A stretch of 53,727 nt of DNA from Salisapilia sapeloensis CBS 127946. Its lineage: Eukaryota > Protista > Oomycota. The position numbers were made by a program, and so were the translations under genes. The number at the start of each line of letters is the position of its first letter. The first letter of the stretch is position 1. Below the pieces are notes generated by a model. The model saw only the letters and a program-made list of their open reading frames with translations, did not search any database and was not told the origin of the DNA. Where the stretch lies: contig JAADVB010000120.1 in NCBI GenBank assembly GCA_023334545.1, positions 1 to 53,727 of the forward strand, in the 5' to 3' direction. This document shows, piece after piece, positions 34,897-46,765 of the stretch.

Positions 34897-37800
34897 ATGT
34901 ACTTCACGTCCGGTCCTCCGCGCACGTACGGCCTGCCGAAAGAAGAGGTGGAGAAATGCACTACAGAAGGCGTCTCCCTTGCGCAACATCCGTCTCTCCC
35001 CATCCTCGCACGCGTCACACGCGCCCACGTGGCACTCTGGGGCGCTCCGACGTCTACAGGCACCGGCACGCATGTTCCGCTTACTCTAGTGCGCCGCAAG
35101 TCCAAGACGGAGCCACTCGAAGTCGAGGAAGAGCTCCAAGGCCTTCTCCCAGACCAAGGTGGTGCCTACATCAGACAAGTCTCCGCGACGTGGACGACGG
35201 ATGATCGCCTCGCAGTCGTCGACACGGGCGGCAAGGCGCTCGAATTATACTCTTTCCAAGGTCTAGACCTCATGGACGCCACGTCCGATAGTGATAGTCT
35301 AGTAGTTTCCGGTAGTTTAGACGAAACATTCCGTTTAAATCAGGGCGAAAGCGTCCAAGCCCGACAGGATGTCGCGGTCTGCATGTCCGGGTATCCCGGT
35401 AGCTCGTACTTGTTCATCGGTATGCAATCCGGTCTCATTTGTGTCGTGGAAGTGCCGTCTCAAGCACCCACCTCGTGGTTCTCTCCTCCTCCTCCCACAA
35501 GTCTCTGGAAGATCGACGTCACGCCTCACTTGTCCTTAGAAGATGGTTCCATCCCTTCCTGCTACGGTCTCACCTGCGTTCCTACCGATACGTCATCCTT
35601 AACTCTCGTCGCATGCTTCGAAGGCGGCAAATGCTTCATTATGCTCGTGTCTCCATTGCTAAAAGCCATCGACCAGCTCCTATCGCTCGTCAACACTGAG
35701 AAAGATGAGTCGTCTTCCTGCTACGGACGCTGCACAAGCCTATCACTCGATTCCTCTGGTCGACAACTAGCTCTTGGTTGGTCTGATGGTGGCGTCTCAC
35801 TCTTTTCTCTCGTGCTATCCTCCCAAGAAGACGATTCAAAAGCTTTGACACTCGAGCCTGTACGAGAACTCACACTCACACCATGGGGATACACGTCGAT
35901 TGATATCGGATGTGTCACTTGTATCTCGTGGGCATCTGATTCGAAAGCTTTAGCAATCGGATATGAACATCGAGGTGTCTGTGTCTTCTCTCTCGATGGC
36001 TGTCGACTCTTTTCCAGTCTCCCTCTTCAACAACAAGATAAAACTAGTAAAGAAGTAGCGTCCGATGGAGTCATCGATCTCCTCTGGACACACCAGAACT
36101 CGTTCCTTGTTCTCGTCTCGAGAGGTGAATCTGTCGAGCGTCTGAAACTCCTTCAAGATCAAGACACATCACCTCTCTACTCCATCCTCCAAGCCAAAGT
36201 CGATAAACAAGACGATGGACTCTGTCTATCTCTTGCTGGCTCGGCCGATCGTCCAGGTGCATGGGTACGTAGTGAAAACCCCTTCACACGCACTTCCACC
36301 GGCGACATCGGTCCTGCAGAAGCTTGTCGTCTCATCCATAAAGGAGACTTGCTCGTCGGGATACAGAGCTCCGAAGGAGACATCGATCTCACGTCCTCAT
36401 CCTTCCACGATGTCATCCAGCACCTCAAGCGTCTGCCGAATGAAAAAGTCCTTCTATCTCTCCTACGTATCGATTGGGACACCATCATCCCTCTCATCAT
36501 GAAAGCATTCACCTCTTCTTCCTTGGATGACTCTCTCCTCACGGAAGAAGTACGTCTACGCGAGTATGCACTACGTATGCAGCTGCAGCATGGCGATTGC
36601 GACGGACAACGTCCTTCGGTCCTTGATGCCGACCGTCGATCGAAATTCGACGCGTGGGAAGCGCTCGAGAACACACCTCATGACGTCGTACAGCATCGAT
36701 ACGTCAAGCTCTACCTCTCTCTCTTCCCCTCGACAGACCCTCGCACCGTCCTGTCGTCTCTCTCTTCCCAGAGCAAGATGCAGACCGTCCACATGCGTCG
36801 TCCACCTCCTCTCTCCTTCTCATCCCTCTCTCTCATCTACCACGCATCGCTCTCTACGTCTCGTCTAGCCTTCTTAGAACACTCTTCCGTCCGTCTCTTA
36901 GCTCCTCGCACCATGGATAGCCCGTCCTCCATGTCTTCGTACGTTAGCTACACTGTTCCTCCGACCTATGCATCCTCCTGCACACCCATGCGTCTCGCAA
37001 GTGTCTCGAACGACACGAAACACGTTGCCGTCGCGGGACAACGAGGTTTCTGTCTCTTGAACACCACTCGAGGCAAGTGGAGGCTCTTTGGAAACGTCAA
37101 TGAAGAGCAAGACATGAAGGTCTCTGCCCTCGCATGGGTCACAGACGACGCTATCCTCGCAGCCTTCTCGCTCGACAGTGAAGAGCACGCGAAACTTCAT
37201 CTCCAACTCTTCCCGCGAGACCATCTCGATGACCAGTCTTCCTTCCTCCACCTCATCCTCCCAACGTCTGAATCTGCTTCCAGTCTACACGTCACGCAGG
37301 ACCACGTCTACCTCCTAACGTCCTCCCACCTCTGGAGCTTCTATCTTGTATCGTCTGGTTCTCTACTCTCTGATAATCTCTTCTTTGCACTCGACCTCAA
37401 GAGACAAGTCGAGCTACCTTTTGCTACGTCGGCTCTTGAAGATATCGTCTACCTCCCTCGATATCAACATGTCGAGCATCCGGACCTCGAGACGCTGCAG
37501 ATGCAAAAGCATCGAGAACAAGTAGATAGAGATAACGTTTCTATTTCCAAAGGCTGGTTGTCCTCGATCATGGGATACGTCGTCGGGACAGATACACCGG
37601 ATGCCTATGCTCCTGCAAATGTCCTCCCTCGTCTTGCTCTCCTCACGTCCGCTTATCAGCTTCTTGTCTTTGACCCAGAGACGTCGTCCACGCAACTCGT
37701 TGCGAACGATGTCAGCTCGCTCACGTGCTATCACGCGAGTCGAGACTGGCCGATGCCTTGTAGACTACAAGTAGGTGTCTACGGAGCCTCTGGGATGCGC

Positions 37801-39012
37801 ATGTGGCTACCCATGCTCGATGGACTCACTTCTCATGAAACATTTGTGAAGTATCACGATCCGATACGAGCTCGGACGTGGGAGCAAGAAGTGTCGCCGG
37901 AAAACCTCTTGACACAGTACGACTTACCCTCCGACCTCGTCCTTCCACTTGATTTCTCCTTCCTTCATGACTCGGCAGTCGATCCGATGCTTCGATTTGA
38001 TCTAGATGTTAAAGTCCTGGACGTCCACGCGACGTTTGGACTCCTCGTTGGTGTCTCCCAAGACGCTTATACGCCTTCTGGCATGTCCTCTCCTTGCTAC
38101 GACATCTTCACACGCGTCCAACCGTTCTGTCATACATTGCTCACATTCCTTGCTACCTGCTGCCATCACTTTGTCCCGCTTGCTCTTGAATGCATTCGAA
38201 AGGAATTGCCACTAGCTTGTGCGACGCAAGAAATGTTCCTTCATGCGATGCTCGAGCTCCGGCATGACGACAAGTGCTCGGACCAAGTCCTTCGACAGGC
38301 AATTCAGCTCCTTCAGCCGCCTTGTCCTCCCTTCTGTCCTCCATCCGAGATGCAAAGTCCTTCGGATGACCAGATCGCAAACTATTGCGAAGTCGTCGCG
38401 CATGTGGCGAGGAAAAGCGAGCCTTCGAGACTCGACTTGCTCTTCCCGACGGCAGGAGATCCGCTTGAACTCTTATCTATAGCGCGGAACCTCAAGCAGC
38501 TACGTACTGCCGCTAACTTTCTCCTGATCCTCGATGCGTCCTCTGTCGTCGAGTCTTCTTCGAGTCACGAGAACAGGGCGTTCCGTGCTGCTTGTGCTGC
38601 TGAGATCGTAGCGCATTGCCTCGAGCAGGACGAGTGGGGACTCGCCGTGCATGTCCTTCGAGTCGCTCGAGACTGGGATCGAGCACATGCGTACGATCCG
38701 GATATCCGGAGCATTGATGAACACCTTGGGCGACTGACGTGGCATGACTTGACTCGTGGACGCTTTGATCGAGTCGTCAAGAGCGTACAGGAGCTAGGAG
38801 CGAGGCTACCGACGAACATGTCGAGAGACGAATTAGGAGTTGTCGATGCAGATGAAGCGAACTTAGCGAGACATCAACTGGAAGCAGTGTTTATTGATGG
38901 AGATGATAAGCAAGGACTTCGGACACTCTTCTATGCCGTTCAAGATGCGCATTATGAACCATGGGCGAGACTTGTGGAAGAAGTGATGCTCGAACATGGC
39001 GTGAAAAAGTGA
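34897..39012 (+). CDS. RIC1: RIC1 (Rab6/Ypt6 GEF subunit) with internal PDZ-like and ACBP-like domains, 1371 aa
   Basis: Start MYFTSGPP resembles RIC1 MYF..GWP. WD40-like repeats, P..Y...C.PMRLASVS..KHVAVAGQRGF, KWRLFGNVNEEQ, and C-terminal VVAHVARKSE...LF..AGDP.EL...LRTAANFLLIL. Confidence 0.9.
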   Translation: MYFTSGPPRTYGLPKEEVEKCTTEGVSLAQHPSLPILARVTRAHVALWGAPTSTGTGTHVPLTLVRRKSKTEPLEVEEELQGLLPDQGGAYIRQVSATWTTDDRLAVVDTGGKALELYSFQGLDLMDATSDSDSLVVSGSLDETFRLNQGESVQARQDVAVCMSGYPGSSYLFIGMQSGLICVVEVPSQAPTSWFSPPPPTSLWKIDVTPHLSLEDGSIPSCYGLTCVPTDTSSLTLVACFEGGKCFIMLVSPLLKAIDQLLSLVNTEKDESSSCYGRCTSLSLDSSGRQLALGWSDGGVSLFSLVLSSQEDDSKALTLEPVRELTLTPWGYTSIDIGCVTCISWASDSKALAIGYEHRGVCVFSLDGCRLFSSLPLQQQDKTSKEVASDGVIDLLWTHQNSFLVLVSRGESVERLKLLQDQDTSPLYSILQAKVDKQDDGLCLSLAGSADRPGAWVRSENPFTRTSTGDIGPAEACRLIHKGDLLVGIQSSEGDIDLTSSSFHDVIQHLKRLPNEKVLLSLLRIDWDTIIPLIMKAFTSSSLDDSLLTEEVRLREYALRMQLQHGDCDGQRPSVLDADRRSKFDAWEALENTPHDVVQHRYVKLYLSLFPSTDPRTVLSSLSSQSKMQTVHMRRPPPLSFSSLSLIYHASLSTSRLAFLEHSSVRLLAPRTMDSPSSMSSYVSYTVPPTYASSCTPMRLASVSNDTKHVAVAGQRGFCLLNTTRGKWRLFGNVNEEQDMKVSALAWVTDDAILAAFSLDSEEHAKLHLQLFPRDHLDDQSSFLHLILPTSESASSLHVTQDHVYLLTSSHLWSFYLVSSGSLLSDNLFFALDLKRQVELPFATSALEDIVYLPRYQHVEHPDLETLQMQKHREQVDRDNVSISKGWLSSIMGYVVGTDTPDAYAPANVLPRLALLTSAYQLLVFDPETSSTQLVANDVSSLTCYHASRDWPMPCRLQVGVYGASGMRMWLPMLDGLTSHETFVKYHDPIRARTWEQEVSPENLLTQYDLPSDLVLPLDFSFLHDSAVDPMLRFDLDVKVLDVHATFGLLVGVSQDAYTPSGMSSPCYDIFTRVQPFCHTLLTFLATCCHHFVPLALECIRKELPLACATQEMFLHAMLELRHDDKCSDQVLRQAIQLLQPPCPPFCPPSEMQSPSDDQIANYCEVVAHVARKSEPSRLDLLFPTAGDPLELLSIARNLKQLRTAANFLLILDASSVVESSSSHENRAFRAACAAEIVAHCLEQDEWGLAVHVLRVARDWDRAHAYDPDIRSIDEHLGRLTWHDLTRGRFDRVVKSVQELGARLPTNMSRDELGVVDADEANLARHQLEAVFIDGDDKQGLRTLFYAVQDAHYEPWARLVEEVMLEHGVKK

Positions 39013-39804
39013 AAAGAAGAGAGTTCTCTTGAATGAAAATTGGTTGTAGTTGATGTACGTTATATCGAGTGTCTTGATGGTGGAAGGAGAATGGGGGTAT
39101 AGACTGACATGGAGTTCGTATTGTCTTCTAGACCATAAATGAGTAAGATAACGACAGATTATGAACGTAGTTCGATTTTCATAGACTCGTGGACAGTGTA
39201 TGGACACTGTGAGTCTGACTTTAGCATACACGACATCTAGCTTTGTATTATGCTTTCCCAGAAGAGTATTCGTGTGAGTCTACTTGTCGTCACGTCTACT
39301 TCTATGGTAGCTTGCAATATCTCTTAGCATCTAGCGTCGAAGAGGTATTTTGACGGACGCTTGGTAATATCACGTAAATTATCCTTTCGTTGGATGTTGG
39401 TGGATGGATTGGAAGTAGGAAAGGAAGAAATTAAATCACTGCTTGCATCTACAGACCAACTCTATATTTGTTAGAAGTGGAAGTAGTACTTGTTGTTTGC
39501 AGTAATCTGGATAAAATACAAAGCGACGAAGACTGGATACGTATTATACGCATGACGTGAGAAGTTATGCTCTCATGGACACACTTCGGTAACAGGTAAA
39601 AGGATGGATTGTTATAGATAGACCGAAAAGGCCAATTATGTAAAGACCAGGGCTTGGGATTTTTCCGTCCATTTCCCCATCATTCCCCATATATAATCGT
39701 CGTAATGGAAAGAGCTAGGAAATCAGGGTAATCTTTCAAAGCAAATTGTCAGTGTATCTAGAAGTCAAGCAAGTAACATAACCAAATTAAGCAAGAATAG
39801 AAAG

Positions 39805-40492
39805 GTTGTGTTCGTTGAGCGGTAATTCAAAAACTATGCAAGGGACAGCAGGCACTATGTGAAAACAAAGATGTACAAACTGTAGTAGGAATCCACAGTC
39901 AAGTCTTTGCCGTTTCGTCCTACTCTTACATCGCTTTCCACTTTTCTATTCTTTTCACGTCTACCTTCCGCTCTTCAGCCCAGCGTTGGCGGGTAACCGT
40001 GTCGAGCGTATCCTCAGAAGTCCTTCAGGTTGAAGTGTCCCTCGATTTACTTGCAACATTGAGCTTTTCGCCATTTTATTGGGACATAGTACAGTGCGAA
40101 TCGCAAATATCGCTTAATTATTCCGTCCACCACTGTACGATGTCTGGTCCGAAATAATAGCGAAAAGCTCAATAGTGCAAGTAAAGCGAAGAGCTCACCA
40201 AGTCTTTCGCGCGCTTGTTCAAATGTGCACATTTCGAGCACCAGGCATGCCTTGATGTCTTCTCGAAGATGGTTTCCTCATGACTTCATCAAAGACTAAA
40301 GATCCTTTTTTGTAATTCTACTTTGGCGAGAAAGTTGTATAAAAGCGTCACGTTAGGCTTCCAATGACAAGTAGTAAATCAAATTGGCTATTCTCAGTGA
40401 GCGCGGAATTGCCCGATTCGATTACAACGAATAGAGTGACAAAATTTGGAACCCCAATGTTGCAGAATAGGTACTCAGCGAGTTCACGGCCT
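39805..40492 (+). repeat. Dispersed repeat copy B (~690 bp), same orientation as copy A
   Basis: Colinear with 500-1196, with scattered substitutions and small indels (e.g. loss of the gagcgactg block near 40204). Confidence 0.85.
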
Positions 40493-41196
40493 AACTGTTT
40501 TACGAGAGTGAAAGTGTGCTGCTAGTCTAATACTGAAAAATTATCTCTCAATCAGCTAGAACTAGTTTGCAGCTGACAAGCTTCATAAATTCACCTTGGG
40601 AGAGCTGTAGGACGACATATAAATATGTGTCAAGATGAATTTATGTCATGGATACAAGTCGGCCAAGTAACTTTAGGGGAACCACCATCAATCAACAATG
40701 ATATCATTATGGATTGAATCAAAAGTACAAACGTCCATCCATTGTGCATGATTTTTTCCAAAACCTACGTGATGAAGCCCCACCACCTTCACGCACTTGT
40801 ACTTGACTCATTCTGTCATCTGCATGGTACATACACAAAACTCGTTATGAGCTTTAGCTCTGAATGCATCTTGTTAGAACGAGAAGCATGCATTAGATGA
40901 TCATGGCTACATGGGAGTTTGCTGCATGTCTACCCATGACAGGAAGTCAAGTCCGTAGGGACGTCCTTAGTGTTTTATGTAGCTCATGTCGTCGTTGAAA
41001 CAGCTTTACTTTTCAAGATTTATTCGTGTCATCGCACTGCTTACTCAACTCATCTCGAAATGAATCATATCTGGCTGTACTCAGTGGATTATCCATCTCT
41101 TTGACCAAATTCAACCCGGCGACAGTCTCATTCTAGATTTCGACCTTTTAAGCCCAAGTCTCCGTCTACCACAAACGCTCACCACAAGAATTTGCC

Positions 41197-42708
41197 ATAT
41201 CGACACTCAAAAGTACGAACTATAAGCTATGGAAGTATGCTGCGGAAGGGGATCTAGAAGGTGCTCGCAAAATGATCCAGGACGGCGCTGATGCAAAGTG
41301 GAAGAATAAAGAGGACTCAGGTTTACATCATCAATGTCAATGGCGGCGTCACGTGGGCATCTCCAAACAATCGGGCTCTTATTGCAAAGCAGTGCGGACG
41401 TTGATATACACAATATTTATCAATTTACTCCATTTCATTTTGCTGCTGAGGAAGACCAAGTGGAGATAGAAAATATGTTACTAGAAAATGGAGCAGAGGT
41501 TGATAGAAGGAATAAGTTTGGTAATACTCCACTTCATACCGCTGCCGTATTTGGACGCGTGATGGTTGCGACTCTGCTTTTGCAAAATGGAGTCAACGTT
41601 CATGAGCGAGACAACGATGGTTGTACTCCGCTTTACATAGCTGCCGAGAACGGACAAGTGGAGCATATGAATTTGCTACTACAGTACGGAGCAGACATTA
41701 ATAAGCTCGATATAACAAATTGTACTCCGCTTCACATGGCTGCGAAAAACGGGCATTTGAAGGCTGCGGATCTGCTATTGCAAAATGGAGCAGAGATTCA
41801 TAGATTTGCTTTCTATGGATACATGCCGCTTAACATGGCTGCTGAAACCGGACGAGCGAAAGTTGCGGACCTGCTATTACAATACAGAGCTGACGTTAAT
41901 AAGCAGAATTGGAACCGTTGTATTCCACTTTACATAGCTGCGAGAAATGAACAAGTCAAGGTTGCGAATCTTTCATTGCAAAACAGGGCGTACGTGGATA
42001 AGCAGGGTTGCTTTAATTGTACGCCTATTCATATCGTTGCCCTTCAAGGAAAGCCTGGTACCGTCAAGTTGTTAGCTGATCGGGGAGCGAGTCCGATTAT
42101 GAGAGATTATGACGGTCGAACTGTCACAGAAAACTTTTTATACGAATGCAACACATGGATCGGTGTAATCTGTTTTAGAAATATGTACAAGTCTTACGAA
42201 AGCTACGTACAACAACAACCAAAAAACGGTCCAAGATTTCTTGCACGAATCGATCGCCCAAAAGTCAGTGAAGGAAATGATGTCGAGATATGAATGCGTG
42301 GAAAATGAGATGGAGATGCTTGTAGACTGTGAGTGGAAGCATACACTGGTCTCTGTTGTGCAGCACCACAAGGTCGAGGTGCTGTACTTTGTATTCCAGG
42401 TGGAGGATACCGAGAAGAGGGATGAGATTATCAACTGAATCGGCAGCAAAAAGTGGGTCAACACAGCGACAGTGATGGATATCTCATCGTTGACGCAGTA
42501 CAATGAAGCATGCAAAGAATATAGTACCCTAGAACACACGCTATGGTGCGACTTGGACACTTGCACGAGCTCAAACGATAATAGTTTCTGCTTGAAAGCA
42601 GTTGAAATTATAAAACTACAGGATAAAGCACGAGAAAAGATCATGGAGATCATAAAGCTCGAAGAAGCAGAGTATGCTCAGAGTAAGATGACAAGGAACT
42701 GTAAATAA
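41197..42708 (+). pseudogene. Ankyrin-family copy 1: about 9 ANK repeats plus one helical module; disrupted
   Basis: Aligns to intact copy 2. ATA stands where the ATG should be (41197); frameshifts near 41330 and about 42140-42230; in-frame TGA at 42436-42438 where copy 2 has TGG. Confidence 0.85.
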
Positions 42709-44193
42709 AACTCCAAAGCTAATCGATCCACTGTATGCCTATTGTCCGGTGTTCAGTCACTACACTAGTTTTCGCCTAACTTTGATAATCAAATTCTTCA
42801 ATTAGGAACCTAAATGTGGTCAGTTTAAAGTCTCTGACGTATCCGCTTGCTGAGGTTTCGTCTATAAACACCATGGCCAACAGCTCTTTGTCAAGACCGT
42901 TTTAGCTTTGGAAGAGATGCACATTTATGTCGACTTTCTTAAAATATAAAATTTTCATGCTGACGCCACTTTATGCATGCCATCCTACCGGACCATTCGT
43001 TCCCTATCATGCTTTTCGTGCATGTGGAAGGAACACAATGGACTTTTGGTGCCCGTATGCTTCATCTACCGAGATAAATCATTTATTGCACAGCTGAAAT
43101 TAATATTGTGTCTGTGCGAGAGATCTAAAATAATTATCCGTAGATATTTGCTGCTGCAGAATTGCAGCAGCAATCAAATGTTGCCATTTTATTATACATT
43201 GGCCTTGTCATATTTAATTAGGCGAGTAGTAAGGGCGCTGCCTTTATTAAATGTGTTTAAGCTTGTAATATAAACTTGTTGGAATACTCTGCTGGACACA
43301 ATTTCAGTAGTACGAAGTTGGATATTAGCTCGTGGAAGCACGTATGGTCGGTGGGTGGGTCGTTTTCCAAATTCATTTTTATTATTTGAGCGAAATATGT
43401 GCATAGCGTGCTTTCAACACGAGTAAGAGTCAACTTCGTGGCTTGTTTACGATTTCAGATAAGATTTTGGCGTTTTCTATTAAATTTTCGGTGATACTAA
43501 TAGGCAATCAGCTATCGCGGACTGTCGATTTCAAGCCAAGTCTGATTGTAAAATATTACCCATATGGTACCGTCACACAAAATATTAAATTGTAGTGTCG
43601 AGAAGATAGCAAAGTTGAGTCAAATCCAGCATTCATACAGGTCCTACGCACGCTTCGAACCAACATGTACATTGGGGCACGAATACCCTATAAATATAAA
43701 CCGAAAGTACAAGTTGACTGGTGTCCGAAATACATGCTAGCACTGCCAACAAAAAAGAGTATTTCCAAACCAAACTCTCACTAATCGGGCATATAATTTG
43801 CGATATTAAAGTACATCCAAATAGGGAATACCGAAATAAAATCCGTAATCAAGACGATTGAAATAATGTATTGCAATAACTTATTGGTCGCTCTGCCCCT
43901 AAACGTTCAATACGTACTTATTATAATTGCCATAAAGATTGCTTTTTGCCCTTTGTCGGTTACTTTTTGCCCTTTTCAGAGAACAAGCAGCTACACTGAA
44001 CGCCTGCGCGATTGACGCTCACGGATCGTTGACAAGGTACACATCCCATCACCCTAGACAGTTCTTGTTTCTATGTTGTTTTACGAAGTACTAGGACGTC
44101 AACACGGTGGCGGATGCTCTGGAATCTCTGAAGGAAGGCACACCTATGTAGTCAAAGCTAGTATGCTTTAAAAACTTCTTTTAATGTATTTAA

Positions 44194-44935
44194 ATGTCGA
44201 TTACCTCATTAAACTCCCAATTCATACTTAATTGTATTTCGATATTCCCTGGTTGTATCTCCTTATTCTGGTGCTACTTATGGAGTCATTTACGACGCTT
44301 AAAAAAAGCGATGAAGGGTGAAAACCCAGACACATTGCGAAAATTTATCGGAAGGAGCTGGAAAATGTCTATTTGTCACTGCTTTATTTTTGAAGATAGT
44401 GACCGAAAGCTATTCGTAAAACTCTTGTCGGAAATAAGGATATGCAAGTTATTTTTGATAGAAGAGAAGGATAATTTTTGTGGATTTGATCAAAGTGAAT
44501 ACAGAGAAGTCGGACTGGGTACGATACATGAATCTGTCCATTCGAAAACTCGACAAACGGCGGACAGCTACAGAGAGACGCTTGCGACTACTTCAAGACA
44601 ACTTGAACTAACTGTTGGCAGCTCTGATAGCGAATGAAGAACGAGGAAAAGAGAAGAAAAAGATCCGGGCAGCCATATCACTCACTTGTGTAGCCCTCGC
44701 GTTATTCGGAGGTCCTATCATCAAAGAGCTGCTAGAAGCTGCTTTGTTTAGAAAAGGTTCGAATCTTGTACTGGATACTATTGTAGATATGTCGATGGGG
44801 CATTCTAATAGCTAGTCCTTAAAGAAGGCAGCAAGGATGTGCTTAAAGACACTCTTATTCTTTCTGAATATCTCTTTTCAAAGGTGCAAGAAGCCATTTC
44901 CAAATTATAGATCAAAGCAAGACTTTACATGATCG
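44194..44935 (+). pseudogene. Solitary degraded copy of the coiled-coil/hydrophobic-hairpin domain found at 50447-51250
   Basis: CHCFIFEDSDRKLFVKLL matches SHCFVYENSSRNFCIKLI. After a frameshift, SDWVRYMNLSIRKLDKR matches SPWVRGIRLSIQKLDER and KKIRAAISLTCVALALFGG matches QKIRLTIALNCASLALFGG. Contains internal stops. Confidence 0.8.
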
Positions 44936-45496
44936 GAGCTTAATGAAGCTGGCTTCCTTTGTTTTCATGGGTTCTTCGGGGTGTAAGTTGTTAAAGACAT
45001 GCAGCAATAGCGGTTTGACTAGAGGTTATCGGTATTAAAAACTCCAAATCTTGATCCCTTGAAATAATTGAAGCTTATCCGAATAGGACTAGACAACTAA
45101 TGAAAAAGGATGGATTGGATATCTTGCTAAAATTCCAACTTTAGGACTATTACTTGTGATTGCTTCCCGTTTGTATGATTGCAAAAAGAATGATTTTTAA
45201 AAATCTGCTATGGGTACAAAGTATCTAGTGGAGTATCCTGTCAATTTCTTGACTGTAAGTAGCTTTACCATCTACCAAGAAAACAAAGAGAATAAATATC
45301 TTGATTAAGAACCAGTTGTATAAAATTCCCTTGAGCTTACCAATGTAGCCAATATGGTCTGATACGTCTCGAGTACTTTCGTAATGCTTTATTACGTGGC
45401 ATCCTGTCGGCACGTCACATCGTTGCGAAGAGGATACTCTCTAACTAATTACTCACTACAACAAAATTCTCCCTCCAGAGATCTTTCTCCTCAGTC

Positions 45497-45509
45497 TCAC
45501 TTGTCATTT
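45497..45509 (+). promoter_or_regulatory. Inr/FPR-like core promoter of ankyrin copy 2
   Basis: TCACTTGTCATTT has one mismatch to YCAYTYYNCAWTT and ends about 54 nt upstream of ATG 45563. Confidence 0.45.
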
Positions 45510-45562
45510 AACTTCCAACTTTCAGGTTACCACAAGATCACGTCTGACAAGAAGGAATAGCT

Positions 45563-46765
45563 ATGTCTAGATCTACGAAGACAAACGAGATGCTATCCAA
45601 GTACGCATATGCAGGAGATGTGGAAGGCGTTGGCAGGATGCTTGAGGACGGTGGTGATATGACCTGGAGAGACTATAGTCGAAACCTCCATCCGCCAATG
45701 ATTGCAGCCATGTTCGGCGGCCATGTCAGGGTGATCGAGCTCTTGATAAAACACGGAGCGGATTTGAATAAGCGAGAGAACAAGGGTCAGATCTCACTTC
45801 ACTTTGCTGCCTCCATGAACCAACCTGAGGTAGCAAGGCTGCTGATAGAGCATGGCGCAAATGTCAATAGGCCGGATAACTATATGGAGACTCCACTTTA
45901 TGCTGCTGCCTTAATGGGAGCGAAGGAAGTCGCAAAGGTTCTATTAGAGCACGGAGCTGACGTCAATCAAGTGCAAAAAGAAAATGAATATCCACTCCAT
46001 GCGGCTGCGTTCATGGGACAAGTGGAGGTAGCGCAACTACTTTTGGAGCATGGAGCACCAGTAGATATGCCGGATATGCTTGGTAGAACCGCATTCCATA
46101 GAGCTGCTAAGAGCGAGCAAGTGAACATTGCCAAGCTGCTGGCTGGCTGGGGGGCGGATCCGAACGTGGTAGATGAAAAAGGTAGAACTGCACTGAACTA
46201 TGCCATTTGTGGTCCGAGTTATGAGACGCTAGGAAATATCATAGGACCCGTCAGAAGTCCTGAGAAAGCGACGAAGAGTGGAAATCGAGAAAGTGTCCAA
46301 GGATCTTTACGCCAATCGATCGTCCAAAAGTCGGTGGAGGAAATGATATCGAGATACGAACGCGTGAGAAATGAAATGGAGATGCGTCTGGACTGCGAGT
46401 GGAAACGTACGCTTGCCTTTGTCCTGTATCATCATAAGATCGAGATGTTGTACTTTGCATTCCAGACGGAGGACACCGAGAAGAGGGATGCAATTATCAA
46501 CTGGGCTGGCAGCAAAAAGTGGGTCGAGACAGCCACATCTGCGGATAGCTCGACGTTAATGCCGCTTAAAGAAGTATCCGAAGACCTAGATGCAGTGGAA
46601 CGTATGCTATGGTATGACTTTGACATCTACGCAGTCGCCAACGATGGGAGGTCGGTGTCGGAGGCAGCAGAGATTGAAAAGCTACGGGAGAAAACACGAG
46701 ACATGATCACAGAGATCATCAAGCCCGAGAATATAGAGCGCGCGAAGAAGATCGTATCAACTTAG
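45563..46765 (+). CDS. Ankyrin-family copy 2 (intact, 400 aa): about 6-7 ANK repeats plus one helical module
   Basis: Uninterrupted ORF with repeats such as SLHFAA...HGANVN, TPLYAAA...HGADVN and YPLHAAA; C-terminal ~150 aa shared with copies 1 and 3. Confidence 0.9.
   Translation: MSRSTKTNEMLSKYAYAGDVEGVGRMLEDGGDMTWRDYSRNLHPPMIAAMFGGHVRVIELLIKHGADLNKRENKGQISLHFAASMNQPEVARLLIEHGANVNRPDNYMETPLYAAALMGAKEVAKVLLEHGADVNQVQKENEYPLHAAAFMGQVEVAQLLLEHGAPVDMPDMLGRTAFHRAAKSEQVNIAKLLAGWGADPNVVDEKGRTALNYAICGPSYETLGNIIGPVRSPEKATKSGNRESVQGSLRQSIVQKSVEEMISRYERVRNEMEMRLDCEWKRTLAFVLYHHKIEMLYFAFQTEDTEKRDAIINWAGSKKWVETATSADSSTLMPLKEVSEDLDAVERMLWYDFDIYAVANDGRSVSEAAEIEKLREKTRDMITEIIKPENIERAKKIVST

Noticed and set aside
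500-40492. Repeats A and B as LTRs or terminal repeats of one 39-kb mobile element
   Set aside because: No defined TG...CA ends, PBS, PPT, target-site duplication or transposase/integrase; the interior is housekeeping genes.
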